NCBI RefSeq assembly: GCF_001194135.2
Contig: NC_068981.1
Location: 81,999,002-82,063,001 of the forward strand
Reading direction: 5' to 3'
Source: Octopus bimaculoides
Lineage: Eukaryota
Length of the DNA stretch: 64,000 nt
The position numbers and the translations under genes were made by a program. The notes beneath the pieces are model-generated. The model saw only the letters and a program-made list of their open reading frames with translations. It searched no databases and was not told where the DNA came from. Shown here in pieces: positions 1 to 14,215 of the stretch (the first letter of the stretch is position 1; each line of letters starts with the position of its first letter).

Positions 1-72
1 GAACACTGGAATCGATGTGATCAACTTACCCTACCGTCACGAAATTGCTGACCTTGTGCCAAACTTTGAAAC
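1..72 (+). mobile_element. SINE family A, 3' part (truncated by window edge)
   Basis: ctggaatcgatgtgatcaactt...gaccttgtgccaaactttgaaac matches the 3' part of other family A copies (e.g. 51200-51275). Confidence 0.7.
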
Positions 73-524
73 TAATATTACTATTTTCATTAGAATGAAC
101 TAAGTGTTTAGGACGAATTGTCGCCATCTTAGTGTTAGAAATCCGTTTATCTTTTATTTCTCATTAGAATCAAAACACACGGGAAAAAAGGCGCAAACAC
201 TTTCTGGAACAGGAACGATGTTCAAAACTATGTGTATGTGAATTTAGATGGCTGCATATTCGCAACGGTATATTCGTAATTATACTGAGGCATTAAGAAA
301 GTGATGCAGTTTCGAATACAATGGAGTTGATGTTTTTCTACGTATATACTGTCCATCTTTCCGAACATTTTGCTTGTACGTGTGCATGCTGCTATTCACT
401 GTTGTGAATATGTGAAACTCTAAGTCCTTGTGTTTCTCTGCAACTTCTGTCGATTATGGATAAATAACGTAAATATATATATATTCTCATAGTTTAACTT
501 CTGTTTTCCTATTTGCATCACCAA

Positions 525-582
<58 letters not shown>

Positions 583-619
583 TTATCTATCTGTCTGTCT
601 AGCTATCTATCTATCTGTA

Positions 620-674
<55 letters not shown>

Positions 675-712
675 GCCTTTCTGTCTGTCTGTCTGTATGT
701 ATGTATGTATAC
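525..712. repeat. compound (CTAT)n/(CTGT)n/(GTAT)n microsatellite
   Basis: Visible tetranucleotide tandem runs. Confidence 0.95.
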
Positions 713-1056
713 ATCGAGTTTTCATCAACTGACTTTATGTGATAGGTATATATTACGAGTAATCAGTGTGGTTTATCACTGAAATTCTCGCTTGAACTGC
801 AACCGAAAAAAGTAGTGTTGAAACTGTTTATCGAAGGCGGCTAAAAATGGCTTCTCCTTGAGCAGATGAGTATAGATTAAAATAAAAAATGGAAAAGTAA
901 AACATTTGGCACCAGTCGAAAAATAACAAAAACCAAAAAAAAACATTTAATCTAGATAGAAAAAATATTTAATTTAGATAGTGGATTTCAGTTTTTATTT
1001 TAATCTATATACATATAAACTTATATATTTGTGTGAGTGTATGTGTGTATCTATGT

Positions 1057-1095
<39 letters not shown>

Positions 1096-2939
1096 TGTGT
1101 GCAAATATATGAACATGCGCACACCAACACACACATATAGAGAGAAAGAGGACTGCGCAAATATGGATGCATTATATACATACACTTCGTCTTTCGTTGT
1201 GTGTAAATATTGAATACTTACGTTTCAAGTATGTACCATTCTTTTTCAACATTGATTGTTTTAAAAGTAAGTTGTTATTAGTCTCATCGTATTTTACTTT
1301 GTTGGCTTCTTTCATTTTGAATGGGGAAAAAGGAAGTTGATCCTTTCAGACGTACGTTACGATAATCAACTGAAAACGATGGTTTTTGTGTAATCATACA
1401 TCTTGTTTCTTGTGCCCCTTATACAAAAACTCTTTACCTATGCTCATACATATATCATGGTTACACAGAACAACACTTAGACATGATATATCCTTTCATC
1501 ATACAAATTTCTTCTTTACAAAATAGTTGTTCGACAAACACACACCTTATAAACAATATCTTTTTGGCAAATCCTTCATCGACTCTTAAAGACCATTCTA
1601 AAACAGTCTCTTAATGATACTCACGTATGTGTTCTACGTATCCGATTTCCTAGTCACACATGCACATGCGCAAAATGTTTCTTATACACCGAGTTGTACC
1701 TTACACAGTTTATGTATTTTACATACGTCAAAAAATCTTACACCTTAACTACAATTATAGCGACGCTGACAATAGTAATGATGACAGCATCCACAACATC
1801 AATGACGACGACGGCGGCAATAGCGAAAAGAAAGAAAATATAACAATAACCACAGAAGCAATAATAGCAATGATGTCTCTATGGGAACTGATTGTCGTTT
1901 TGAAAATTTTTTCGAGTTAACCACTTCATTATCAACTGTTTAAAGACGTCTGATTCTTTCTGCTACGCTAATTTCTCCTGTCATCCGACTAATGATATCC
2001 CGGACATAATCTATTATCGCTCTAATTGCCCTAGTCATTGTTTCATCCGGTTCCTTATCTTTCCTCTCTCCCCAACAGACAGAAGCGAGTTTGCACATAA
2101 ATTCACATGCGCACGCATGCATCTTATTAGTTTTTACGCATGAACGCAGGTTGATACACTCTGCCTTAGCAGCCATTTCCATAGCAGCCTTTCTGTTATC
2201 CTTCAATACCACAAACTGTCATCCTAATCATTGTCTTCCTTTTGTATTCTCAGTCTCTGCATAATGCTCTACGTCTGTCTCTCTATTGTGTCTCTCTACT
2301 TCCCTTTACGCTATCGTTCTATTTTATTACCTGTCTCTTCCTCACATCTAAATTCTCTGTGACATATCAAGTAACCTCCATTACAATCTCTGTCACTCTA
2401 CTACTTCCCCCCTTTTCTTCACTACACGGCCTGTCTCTATATTACACTTTTATCCTCTCCCCATTATATATACTATTTCCCTAGTAATTCTCTGTCTTTC
2501 CGTTAAATCATTCCTCTGATTCCGTCTTCACATTTTTCTTCCTTCCCAGATATTTACATTGAATTCTCTCTCAAATTCGTCCATATCTTGTGATTCTTCG
2601 ATCTCAGATTGTTGATTACTAAGGAATATTTCATGTTTATTTTATATTACGGTCCTACGTTTTAATTTATAATTTATTCATATAATGTGATGTTTGTCTT
2701 ATAATTTGATATTTATAGGAGAAGCCTGAAATATGATAAATTTCATTCAAGTGGATGAGTAGCTATAGAATTCAGTAAAAGTGTATCGAGAGCTATAATA
2801 GTTTTTACCTAACCTTTTGAGGGCGAAAAATAACCCAGAATCAGTGTTGTGAAATTAGCAGTTCACGGAGGACATAAGTGGTTTGACTTCTGCCCATTTG
2901 GTGTTTATGATAATGTATAATATAAGGTATGATGTTATC

Positions 2940-3140
2940 TAGATATAAGATAGTATAGCGGGAACGGTATGAGAAGGGATGGAATTCCAGAGGCTCGACT
3001 TTCTAGGAAGGAGTACCTGGGTGTGGACTCAACGATAGTAATGACAGAAGGAGAAACACATGAGCTGGGAATGCCTGATAGTGAGACCCAACAAATAGAG
3101 CTATTGTGAGTTTCTCTAGTTAAATGCTGTTCAGAGTTAA
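2940..3140 (-). mobile_element. CR1-like LINE 3' ORF2 fragment (degenerate)
   Basis: Minus strand reads LLPRKSSLWNSIPSHTVP, resembling the (S)F(F/L)PRTxxLWNSLP motif near the C-terminus of CR1-type ORF2. Confidence 0.45.
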
Positions 3141-3504
3141 AAGGCTGTGATGCAATGATGTTTGCTTGGCATGAGTAACGTATGTATTTTCTTGTTGCTG
3201 AAAGAAACGAGATTGGCGTTTCTCAGCTGGAAGATGCCTTCAAGGTCTCAAGTATGTACGTTTAACATATTGTTTTCTGAAGTCATAATTTTCTGGTAAT
3301 TTCATCTCACACAACTCTTGATAATCCTATACTACTCTATCGAAGCCATATCGTTTGCTTTTTGTTGTATGGTCCTTTTATCATTCCAAACCATGCAGAC
3401 CTATGATCGGAAGCATTGCAGCTGTGACGGATGTTTATTTTATTTTGAGACATAAAAGGCGTCAACGACTTATGCAATGTGTTTCTCCCTTTTTAAAAAA
3501 TTAC

Positions 3505-3513
3505 ATGAGAGAA

Positions 3514-3604
<91 letters not shown>

Positions 3605-3612
3605 GAGAAAGA
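3505..3612. repeat. (AG)n microsatellite
   Basis: Visible GA/GAAA run. Confidence 0.95.
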
Positions 3613-3649
3613 CTTGGTAGCTACTTCTAGCAATTCGAGGGATCATATA

Positions 3650-4105
3650 CAGGGTTTTCCGTGTCAAATACTCTCGACTTCTCATCACACTTGTGTTGAA
3701 CACCCTCTCCCAGGCCCTGTAGTAATTGTGTTGAACACAATCTCTCATGCCCACCCTTCCTAGAATATTACCTCTCTGGTATTTCCTCCATGCTCATGTC
3801 ATTCTCGTGGGTAGTAATTTACCTAGCGGTATCCGACCATTATACTACCCGCAAGGGGTTATACAAAAGACAAAACCTCTAATACTGGAGGACTTGGAGA
3901 CACGGATTCAGGAGGTTCTCAATGATATCCCAGGTTCATTCCTTCCCTGGCCATTTGAGGAAACTGGTTGACGCCACCGGTACTTACGTTGAGACATGAA
4001 ACTTTTCTTTCATTTTCCAATGTAACGAAGAACATGGATCATTTGTAAAAGGAATATGAATTTTATTACCAATTTTTAATGCCTACTTACTTTTCACTCA
4101 CCCTG
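3650..4105 (+). mobile_element. Tc1/mariner transposon remnant (transposase C-terminus and right end)
   Basis: Frames give KTKPLILEDLETRIQEVLNDIP and LRKLVDATGTYVET*, typical of Tc1/mariner C-termini. Ends are ta|CAGGGT (3648-3655) and ACCCTG|ta (4100-4107); only 6 terminal nt match. Confidence 0.6.
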
Positions 4106-6321
4106 TATATTACATGTATATTTTCTCCACCCACACAATTTTCTTTAATGTCCTCTGATTAAATTTTTATCTGTTTATCCATCGATCGATATGACTCTCT
4201 AACTAGCAATTTAGCTGTGTTTAGAATGTATACAAATATCTCATAATTGTATTCACTTGTTTGTTGAAGTAATCAGCTAATTTCCACACATACGCACCTT
4301 CGCCCGTATATTCCATTTATTCGGTGTTGCGTTTTCCTGTTTGGAAAACGTAAAGAAAGGAACTCAGTTCCTTAGCACCCATCTCCAACAAACAGCTTAA
4401 TAACTCAGTGGAATTTGCACTCGTGTCACATGAGTCTACAAAGAGTCCAGCGCTTTATGCTATGAACACAAACTACCCTGTCTCTGTTAAAAGATACCTG
4501 TTTTAAAATGTGCTCAAAATATGTTCTCGATTGTTTCAGAAGGCAAATGGGGGAAAGGGATTAAAGAGCTGTACATAGAAAGGTAAAATGTACGGCGTGC
4601 GATTGGTAGTGTTGATAGGGTTTGAAAAGAAACAGTTAATCATCGTGTTTGTTAGTTTTAGAACCCAGGAAATGTAAAATGTAAATTCCACCGTAAACTG
4701 GCAAGTGTATAAAGAAGTGGGAACCGAAGAAGATTAAGAAGATAAACACGAAGGTAAAGAAGAAGAAGAAGCGTGTTAGTGGGTGAAGGAAGAAGCATTA
4801 ACAACGTAAACGACTATGACAACAGAAATGATATCGACAATCACGCTAAATAACCACATTAGCAACTGGTTCCGATCTGAGCAACAGCAAGAAAAACAAC
4901 ACAGTTACAAAAAAGAACACGAACAACTGAAAACAACAACATTCAAGGTGCAATAACAGTAGCAGCAACAACAGCATCGTTTCAATAACAACAATAACAA
5001 TTATAACAACGCAACAAGTCAATTGTTTATTAGTATTAAGGCAGTAACACAAGGTCTACTTGAGCCGTGCTTCATCTAAGCCTATTTCCTTCATAATATA
5101 AGTTATTGACAGGGCTGTCAAGTTGAGACGAGTTTTATGCAGATAATTCGTTAAAAAGTGAAAATGTCTTCATTACTATCAGGTCAGCAAGTACATTGTT
5201 TCATGATTGTTTTCTTTAAAACTAACTCAATGTACTTGTAGTGGTTGTGGCTGTGGCAGTGATGGTGGTGTGGTGAAGGTAGTTCTTTCTGACATACGCA
5301 CCTATATCCGTACCTTCTTTTTTTCATTTTCACTCTTTTTTAAACTCAAAAAATTTCCTTATTTCTCTCTCATTTTTCGCCCTATTTTCAATTCGTCTTC
5401 CCCTCTATCATTAGTTTCTCACTCATTCCTCTGTGTTTTCTCTCTCCTCACCATTCCTGTTTCTTTTTTCATTGTCACTCTCACAACACTCTCTTTCTCA
5501 CTCATATTCTGTTCCTTACCTTCCACTACACTAACTGTCTTACGTTTAAACATAAGCTAAAACAAACATGGTGCACTAATACATAGAACAGTGGTGTCCG
5601 TACCTGTTATGTCACACACAATATATATATACACACACACACACATGCTCACATACATCCATTATAAACACAGATTAGCAGATTAGTAGATCATACAACT
5701 GTATGTCCATTAACTATTTTACTAGATACATCATTTCCTTGGAGGATCGTTAATTACCACGTCCGTCTTCCTGAACTCTGCAATGGTCATGAGCATAACC
5801 CTTTCCTTCATCCTAATCTAGAAATAAAATACAACTTTACTTCTACTAGGTTTTCTCTTCGGACTGAAATTAGTAAAAAAAATCTACTGACAAAAGTTAC
5901 TTTATAATAAACCATTGCTTTATCCAATTGTTTTTAACTTTAAAAATTTTACTTAACCCTTCCACGATTCTCATTCGTTGCTTCACTCCAGTTTCTATGA
6001 CGTTAATCGAAATCAATTTCCATATAGAAAGGGTACTAATAATATATCAAATAATTTTCAGCATGAAATCCTGGCACTTATTTTCTATTTTCTAGTTTTG
6101 CTTTTCATGCAAAATAGCTAAAACAGTTTTCTGTTTATTCACTTAATGCTCACAGTAGATTTAAATGTCGTAATGTCTTATCTGTTTAGCTATGTTACCG
6201 CTTCTTTGTCGAACGCTATAAATGGCAAGAAATTGTTTGTTATATATTTGTAAGGAGTCTATTAAACAGTTGCTAATAAAGATATAGATTCCACTACGTT
6301 GTGCTTCATTACTCGTATTGG

Positions 6322-6328
<7 letters not shown>

Positions 6329-6389
<61 letters not shown>
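6329..6389. repeat. (AC)n microsatellite
   Basis: Pure AC run. Confidence 0.95.
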
Positions 6390-6393
<4 letters not shown>

Positions 6394-6738
6394 AACAAAG
6401 AAGACAGATTTGATGACAATGATATTGGTGAGCTCCTTAAGGTGCTTTCCCGTTTACCCTCTGTATCTATTCAGTTCCAGTACCTAAGTTAAGCTATTTC
6501 CCAAATTTACTAATACTCCTAAACAAATATGAACAGCACACATTCCCCTTTTTACTCTTTGTCGATACATTAAAAATCAAAAACAAACGTCAATGCTTGA
6601 ATATAAGCTCCCAAGTGTATTTCTGTCTGTCTGTCTGTCTGTCTGTCAGTATGACAGGCTGTCTGTCTCTCTCGCTCTGTTATCGAGGTGACTTTCAGTT
6701 AACGTTTTCGAGATTCGATCACTCAATCTCTATTATAA

Positions 6739-6771
<33 letters not shown>

Positions 6772-9064
6772 AAATAAATAAATAAACTAACCTCTAAATT
6801 GTTTCAATAACACTGAATTCTTTGTTGACTGTGTATCATCCCTTTGTTTCAGAAATTTATTGCAAACATATATCGAACTCAATTTAGTTTTCGTTGAGTT
6901 TCGTTTTATTTTTGTTATTCCCTGATGTGTTTGGTAATTAGAAAGGATGAAACATTCAATTATTTCAAACTTTCATGGCAATACTTATTTTAGCTAATTA
7001 GTTCTTTAGATCTTCAGATATTCACAACGTTAAAACTAGGACCACTTTTTGTTATTACCTCAAGAAAAACCACATTCTTATGAACGATGAAACTTGTTTT
7101 TTTTCTTTGCGAGAAACCCTTATTTCAATTATGTTGTCTATTGCAGTTTTTATTTGGTGTAATGAGGAATATTTTGATGGCTGAACCAGTAGCAATCTCA
7201 GTTTCTTTGTTCATTTCCTACCACCGGCGTTGTGGTTATGTTTTCAAATACATAACATGGGTATCAATAACAACAGTACTGCAAAGCTGATTAAAGTTTA
7301 ACTTACAAATGCTGAACGCAACTATTTTTGTGGGTGAAAAATAGGAAGAGATGAGCTCAGCCGCTTCCAACATATCTAAATATATTCCATTAAGGTAGCG
7401 TAATCGTTGTGCACAGAACAACTAAGTCGTTTGAGAATACTTCTTATTATTAAACCATTATTACGTTACAGTAAAGGTGGTGAATTGGTAGAATCGTTTG
7501 CAGTATCTTTCCGGGTGTTTCTGCTCCCCAAGATCAGTTTTGTCTTTCATCCTTCCGCAAATTACTGATTCAATTTTATCGACTAGTCTCATCTCCGTCC
7601 AAATGCCTAACTTTATGCTCGTCGAGAAACAATTATTACGACATTTTTGAAAAGTTCGAACACTGAGTCCCCAAATCTTAGTATATGAAGTCAGTTAGAG
7701 AGAAACAACGTTTGCGGCAGTAATGTTAAAACAGGGTTGTGTTTCAAAGCGTTTCCTCTTGACTTATACATAATTTCTTTTAAATTTGGTACATGTTTAC
7801 CACAAATTGTTAAGGAAGATGCATAGACGATTCAATCGATCCTGAAACATTATTGAATCGACCTAAACTTGATTTAAATTTAGAAAATAAACTGATACAA
7901 GTAAACACAGCTAGGTTGTTTGGCTAAGTATTTCATCATTTCTGTCTTTTCACAGAAGTACTGTCTAAATATAATGACTGTACTTTTGTTGATATACATA
8001 GGAGTTCGAAAACCCATCTCTGCTTATGAAGTTGCAAACCTGCAAGCCACAGAATGTACTTCGAATATGAAGTGTAATATACAAATTTAAATTTAAATAT
8101 GAAAGTTATAAATTCATGAGTTAAACTGTTACATCAAAATCGATTATTAGAACTAGAGACTTGCATTTTAATACTGGATATTACTATTTATTATAAATAA
8201 TATTAATATATTAATATCATACAAAATATTATGCGGAATATAAATAGCATACAGAATATTAATATTATTTAATACAACAACATTATTAGATAGGAATTAT
8301 TACATTTTAATACTGAATGCGAAACAAAACTAGTTAGAGAAGCATCCAATATAAAAAAAATTTAAAAAGTTGCTTAGCTATGGAAGATTTATTAATTACA
8401 ATATACTAAAAGAAAAATAAAACGAAAGAAAGCAATATTAGAAAAAAATACAAACAACACACGTACATAGCAGAAGCTGAATAAACTCTGAAAGTAACAG
8501 GAAGTCAACCGTTACGCAATTTTGAAACCAACGACCATGACATTATCAGTTACAGCATCATTGTCTTAATACCATACTTCCTACTACGAAACGCATCAAC
8601 AACGCATTTAGAAGCTGAGCATTTTCAAAGAGAAGATGCTTCGATTAGACGAATTAGGATGCACCTTATGAAGTTTAAATGAACTGGACCAGCGTTTTCC
8701 AGTATTAAGAGAGATCAAGAAATATTTTACGATATATTATCTAGTACATATTCGAAACCTTCGTATCCACAAGACCACTTACTTTTTAAATTTAAACCAT
8801 TTTCACTTTGGAATGAACTATAGACATCATCAATATTTTTTGAATAATTCGAGCAAAGATGTAGCAAATTCAATTCACTACTGGTTGACGATGTAACCGT
8901 TTTTGGAATATAGACGTTTGATATTTAGCGTAGTAACGATAAATAATTGTCCAGAAATCATTTCAACAATAAGAATATATTCTGTCCTCCTTTATATACA
9001 TAATTACATTACTCGAAGTAATTACCTATTTCTTTAAAAATACATGTTGGCAATGACATAGTTC

Positions 9065-9610
9065 CCATACATACATACATACATACATACATACATACAT
9101 ACATACATACATACATACATACATACACATACATATATATATGCATACATACACACACATACATGCACACATACAAACATACAATACACATACAAACGTA
9201 CGTACATACATACGTACGTACATACATACGTACGTACATACATACATACAATACACATACATACACACATACACACATACTTACATACATGCATACAATA
9301 CACATACATACATACACACATACACACATTTATGCATACATACACATACATATATATATATGCGTACGTACATACATACACACATGCATACATACAAACA
9401 TACATACATACACATACATACACACACATACACGCAAACATACACACACACATACATAATACACACACATACATACATAATACACACACATACATACATA
9501 ATACACACACATACATATATACATAAATACATGCATAAATACATACATGCATACATACAATCATACATACATACATACATACATATATACATACTTACAT
9601 CCATACGTAC
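9065..9610. repeat. (CATA)n/(CA)n compound microsatellite with a 21-bp higher-order unit
   Basis: CATA runs; acatacataatacacacacat repeated three times near 9450-9510. Source of the ORFs at 9009-9659. Confidence 0.95.
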
Positions 9611-9944
9611 ATGTTATGCGGATATTTATTTTAGTTTTGTGATGTTATATTGGTATTGATTCCATCGTTAATAGTTTACATTTGTAGTGATTTTTCTGTC
9701 AGACAAATAGTCATTTACCAATGTCTTTTGGTCTCATTTTGTCCTGAGTTGTGTGATACCATGCACATCGTATTTCTGGTTACCAGCACATCGTGTTTCC
9801 GAAGGAGGCTATCGTACTTGTATGGACATTATAGCATTTGATATTGTGAAATACACAATCTTCACGCTTGCAGTCAAACATGTAAACCTCATTAGTAATT
9901 TGTTGCTGGTTCGCGGGTTGACAAACACGTAGTTTGGTAATGGT

Positions 9945-10272
9945 GAAGGTACGTGGCTTAGTGGTTAGAGTATTCGACTCACGATCGTAAGGTCGTGAGT
10001 TTAATTCCCGGCACCGCGTTTTGTCCTTGCGCATAACACTTTATTTCACGTTGCTCCTGTCAGCTAAGCTGGTAAAAATGAGTAGTACCTGTATTTCAAA
10101 GGGCCAGCCTTGTTACATTCTGTGTTACGCTAGACCTCCCTGAGAACTAAGTTAAGGGGTACATGTGTGTGTGTGGAGTGCTCAGCCACTTTCAAGTTTA
10201 TTTCGCGAGCAAGCTCTTCCGTTAATCGGATCAGCTGAAACCTCCGTCGTCATCACTGACGGAGAGCCAGTG
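9945..10272 (+). mobile_element. SINE family C (tRNA head, CORE-like segment, conserved central domain)
   Basis: A-box-like tggcttagtgg, B-box-like gagtttaattcc, then gtacctgtatttcaaagggccagcc...gttaagg...gtggagtgctcagccac...cggatcagctgaaacc shared with 29512-29895 and 56149-56478. Confidence 0.85.
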
Positions 10273-10335
10273 CCAGTTTAGTTTGCTAATGATGCAAACA
10301 AAAAAAGTTGCAATTTTAATGTTTATGTAGTATAT

Positions 10336-10553
10336 TAGTTTCAAATTTCGGTACTAGGCCAGCAATTTCGAAGGACGTGGTATGACTATTCCATCGACCC
10401 CAGTATTCAACTGGTACTTATTTTATGACCCCGAAAGGATGAAAGGTAAAGTCGACCGCGGCGGAATTTGAACTCGGAACGTGAAGTCGGATGAGATGTC
10501 GCTAAGTATCTTGCCCAGCGTGCTAACGATTCTGCCAACTCGCCTGCCGCCTT
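10336..10553 (-). mobile_element. SINE family A copy
   Basis: Reverse complement of ggcgagttggcagaatcgttagcacg...gagttcaaattccgcc...ctttcatcctttcggggtc...ctggggtcgat. Confidence 0.9.
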
Positions 10554-11659
10554 GCTATGTAGTATATCACACGCATTAATTTATAGCTTTGTGCAATGAA
10601 TTTTGTGTCTCTTTTACATTTTTTTTGTTATATATATTCTATAATTAGCATTCATTTCATTCATGGGATACATTTTATATGTAGTTTACCATCTTCAACA
10701 GGATAGCGTCGAATGCAGTGCATTTTTAATAGGATAATGTTCAAATATATTTGCATTATATTTAAACTCTATTGTCCTATGGTTTGGTTTAGTAATTTTT
10801 TTGAATATCCGATGCTGATTATTATTCATTTTATTCTTTATACGCCTTCATCCAATAGTTGCTTTTACTTCTGACAATTTATGTCTATGTGGACATTTAC
10901 TGCATCCAAATAAGTTCAGGCATTTGAAGTATTTTTAGCATAGACGACGTAGTATATGTTATTTTTATTGCGACAATTTATAACAAAAATTATTCATTTT
11001 ATGACAATGAAATTTTATATATGTTGTCCTGGATGTTAAATTTTATTAAAACACAAATGTCAGCGCCTTTGCTTACAAAATACGAAATCGGCAACAAAAT
11101 ACGAAAACCTCACTTCATCCAGAATGAGAAAAGGAAAGGTTTAAAAATATTGGTGATGAACTCTGAAACTTTAAAGTTCCAAAGTGAAAGTAACACATAC
11201 GTAAACGTAAGAAGACATTAGTAAAAAAAAAAAAAAAAGGATCAGACTAGAACACAGTCGTGTTTTAATACAACACAAACACAAGCACATACATATATGC
11301 AGTGTGAGATATGTAATGTTGAATTTCCTCGTGTTATTGAAATCTCTTTGAGACCTATCATGTAATACCACAACAGTATATGCACGACAGTAACAAAAAC
11401 AATAAAAACTAGCAACAATATCAACAAGTAATACGCTGCATTTTCTTTTTCTTTGTGAACTTCCCTTGTATTTCAAATTGTCACTATTCAAAATAAAGAC
11501 AGGTTTTAATACCATTTCACCTCTACCCTGCAAATACTTGTCATTTACTTAGAGAATTTTGGTCGGCTTGGCAGACTATAATTGATAGGGGCTACACATG
11601 GAAAGGGTCGACAAGTGCCAACTTGACAGACAAATTGAACAGTACGGTAATGTGGCTAA

Positions 11660-11925
11660 GTAATATGTATGCATATATTTATGTCTGTATGTATGTATAC
11701 CTATACATATATATATATATATTATGTATGTATATAATTATGTATATTTTATGTGTTTGTATGTATATATATATATATGTGTGTGTGCGTGTGTATATAC
11801 ATATATATATATATGTATATATATATACACACACATACATATACGTATATATATTACGTGTGCATGTGTGAATATATATTATGTATGCATGTGTGTATGT
11901 ATATATGTATATGTATCTATGTGTA

Positions 11926-11957
<32 letters not shown>

Positions 11958-11959
11958 CA

Positions 11960-12048
<89 letters not shown>

Positions 12049-12061
12049 TTATATATACCTA

Positions 12062-12107
<46 letters not shown>

Positions 12108-12145
12108 CTTTCACATGTATGTATGTATGTATGTATGTATGTATA
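11660..12145. repeat. (TA)n/(TATC)n/(TATG)n compound microsatellite
   Basis: Visible tandem runs. Confidence 0.95.
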
Positions 12146-12329
12146 ATTTTGACGGAAACCTCCAGTCCTGTTTTTCATGTTGACATCTCGTGACTAAGGA
12201 TTAGAGTGGTTTCCCTTGACATTGATCGAAACCTGTGTATACATAACATCCTTGTAGATTTGTCCACTTGAACAATGGTTTACATAAACTGTAAATACAC
12301 TTAGATATATTAACGAATACACTTGCTTA

Positions 12330-12750
12330 AACACACACACACACACGCGCGCACACACACATACACACACACGCACACACACACACACACGCCCACATAC
12401 ACGCACACACACACATACACATATACACTCACATACACACACAAATATACATTCACTCGAACAGAGAAATACATAGACAGACACAATCATACGCTGAAAC
12501 AAAACCATAGACAAGTATGCAACACACACATAAACATAAACTTCCACATACATACATACATACATACATACATACATACATACATACACACATACATACA
12601 TACATATTTATATATACACATATGTATGTACACGCACACATACACAGGCATATACACATGCATCATGTAAATATAAATAAGCACATGCACCGCACACATA
12701 CACATACATACAACACACATGATTACATACACATAAATATTAAACATACA
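12330..12750. repeat. (CA)n/(CATA)n low-complexity tract
   Basis: Visible tandem runs. Confidence 0.9.
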
Positions 12751-13149
12751 CTTGTCTTCATTTCCTTACAAAGCTTTCAGTAAAGCGACTTTATAATGTA
12801 TTTTACTTAACCTATAATCAAAGATACATGATTCCAAACACGATGAAATAACACTTTCAGTGACAGAGGCATGCACATACACGGACATACAAAAGTATAT
12901 ATGTACATATATGTAAACCCTACTTACACGCTAGAAATAGATGGCAAATAGCTCTAAAAACAGCATTCATACTCTGTTAGCACAGGTTGTAAGCGGGCAG
13001 ATGAAAAAATGAATAAGATTTTTTTCAAAAAAAATGGTTAATTGTAGAACGATATCTGGTTTAGGGTTGCAAGACTCCTTGCTGTCTTCAGTAGAATATG
13101 GCGCTGGCCACTTGATAAAATCATTGAAGTGGTTTTATCCTTAATTTTG

Positions 13150-13195
<46 letters not shown>

Positions 13196-13296
13196 CAATA
13201 AGAAAATGGGGGGGGGGGGAATAGGTGGCATTCATCAACTTGCAGACATTGTATTGTGTCAATTTACTTGGATATATATGTATATATATATATATA

Positions 13297-13465
13297 GCAA
13301 TGAGAAAATGGAGGAGAATATGCGATATCCATCGACTTGCAGACAATGTATTCCGTTGATTAAACTGTTTATTTTATAACTAAAATGACAAAAACCACAA
13401 TATACAGATACTTATGACATACCATGTCATATTAACAAGTAAGGTTACAAATATAAAGGACATTT
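13297..13465. repeat. unclassified dispersed repeat (family D), copy 1
   Basis: gaggagaatatgcg...cgacttgcagaca.tgtattccgttgattaa.ctgtttattttataactaaa...ccatgtcatattaacaa...aaaggaca recurs at 56661-56820; partial upstream duplicate at about 13195-13265. Confidence 0.8.
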
Positions 13466-13904
13466 AGCAATTGGAGAAGGGATATATGTATATATACATA
13501 CGTATATGTACATACCTACATCTATATGTATATATACGTATAGACGTATATATATATAAGCATACGTGGGAACAGGACGTCATGAAACGTGTACAACAAA
13601 AATTACGAAGTACGGGTACATGGAACATGAACTATTCTTTCGAACAACGAAAGACACAAATGGAAAACAAAACAAACAACATAAAGAACGACCCTTCATC
13701 AGTTGTTGGCTGTTTTTCTAGTCGCGTATTTTGAGCATTTAACAGCAATATACACTTTCGATAAAACAGGTGCTCCCGCAAAGCAAATTAAATAAGATTT
13801 AAAACTTTTGCGGAGGGTCAAAATTGGTAACACAAACAGGACAGTGAAAACAAACAGGAAGGGCTGCTAAGCCTAAACGAGGTTGTGGTGGTGAACGCGT
13901 AAAT

Positions 13905-14215
13905 CTAGCGTTCATCGAAACCAGCACTAGAAGAAAAAACAACCAACTTTAGTTTTAAGACGAAAAGTGCTTTTCCATCGGGATAATGCTCGGCCACATA
14001 CTGCGAGGATGACCTTCCAAAGGCTGGAGCAGTTTGAATGTGAAATGATGCCCCACCCACTATATTCGCTGGATATTTCCCCATCTGATTATCATTTATT
14101 CCGCAGTCTCCAACATCATTTGGACGGAAAAAATATGAATTCTGTAGACGAAGTCAGAACAGTATTGGAGGAGTATTTTTCGTCACAGATAAGTGAATTT
14201 TGGAAGAGAAATTGG
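13905..14215 (+). mobile_element. mariner (DD34D-type) transposase catalytic-domain fragment
   Basis: ORF 13967-14266: VLFHRDNARPH...PHPLYSLDISPSDYHLFRSLQHHLDGK, matching the HDNARPH and YSPDLAPSDYHLF motifs of mariner transposases. No N-terminus or TIRs seen. Confidence 0.9.

Noticed and set aside
2958-3106. Plus-strand open frame ending at tt|gtgagt (MRRDGIPEARLSRKEYLG...)
   Set aside because: Better explained as the antisense of a CR1-like LINE 3' fragment.
6391-6492. EDRFDDNDIGELLKVLSRLPSVSIQ peptide
   Set aside because: Protein-like, but preceded by a CA repeat with no pyrimidine-tract acceptor and no recognisable homology.
9009-12783. Many ORFs of MYVCMYV / HTHT / YIYI type (also at 33.5-34.4, 43.7-44.6, 50.3-50.7, 52.2-54.5 kb)
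   Set aside because: Translations of CA/TA/CATA/TCTG microsatellites that lack stop codons; not genes.
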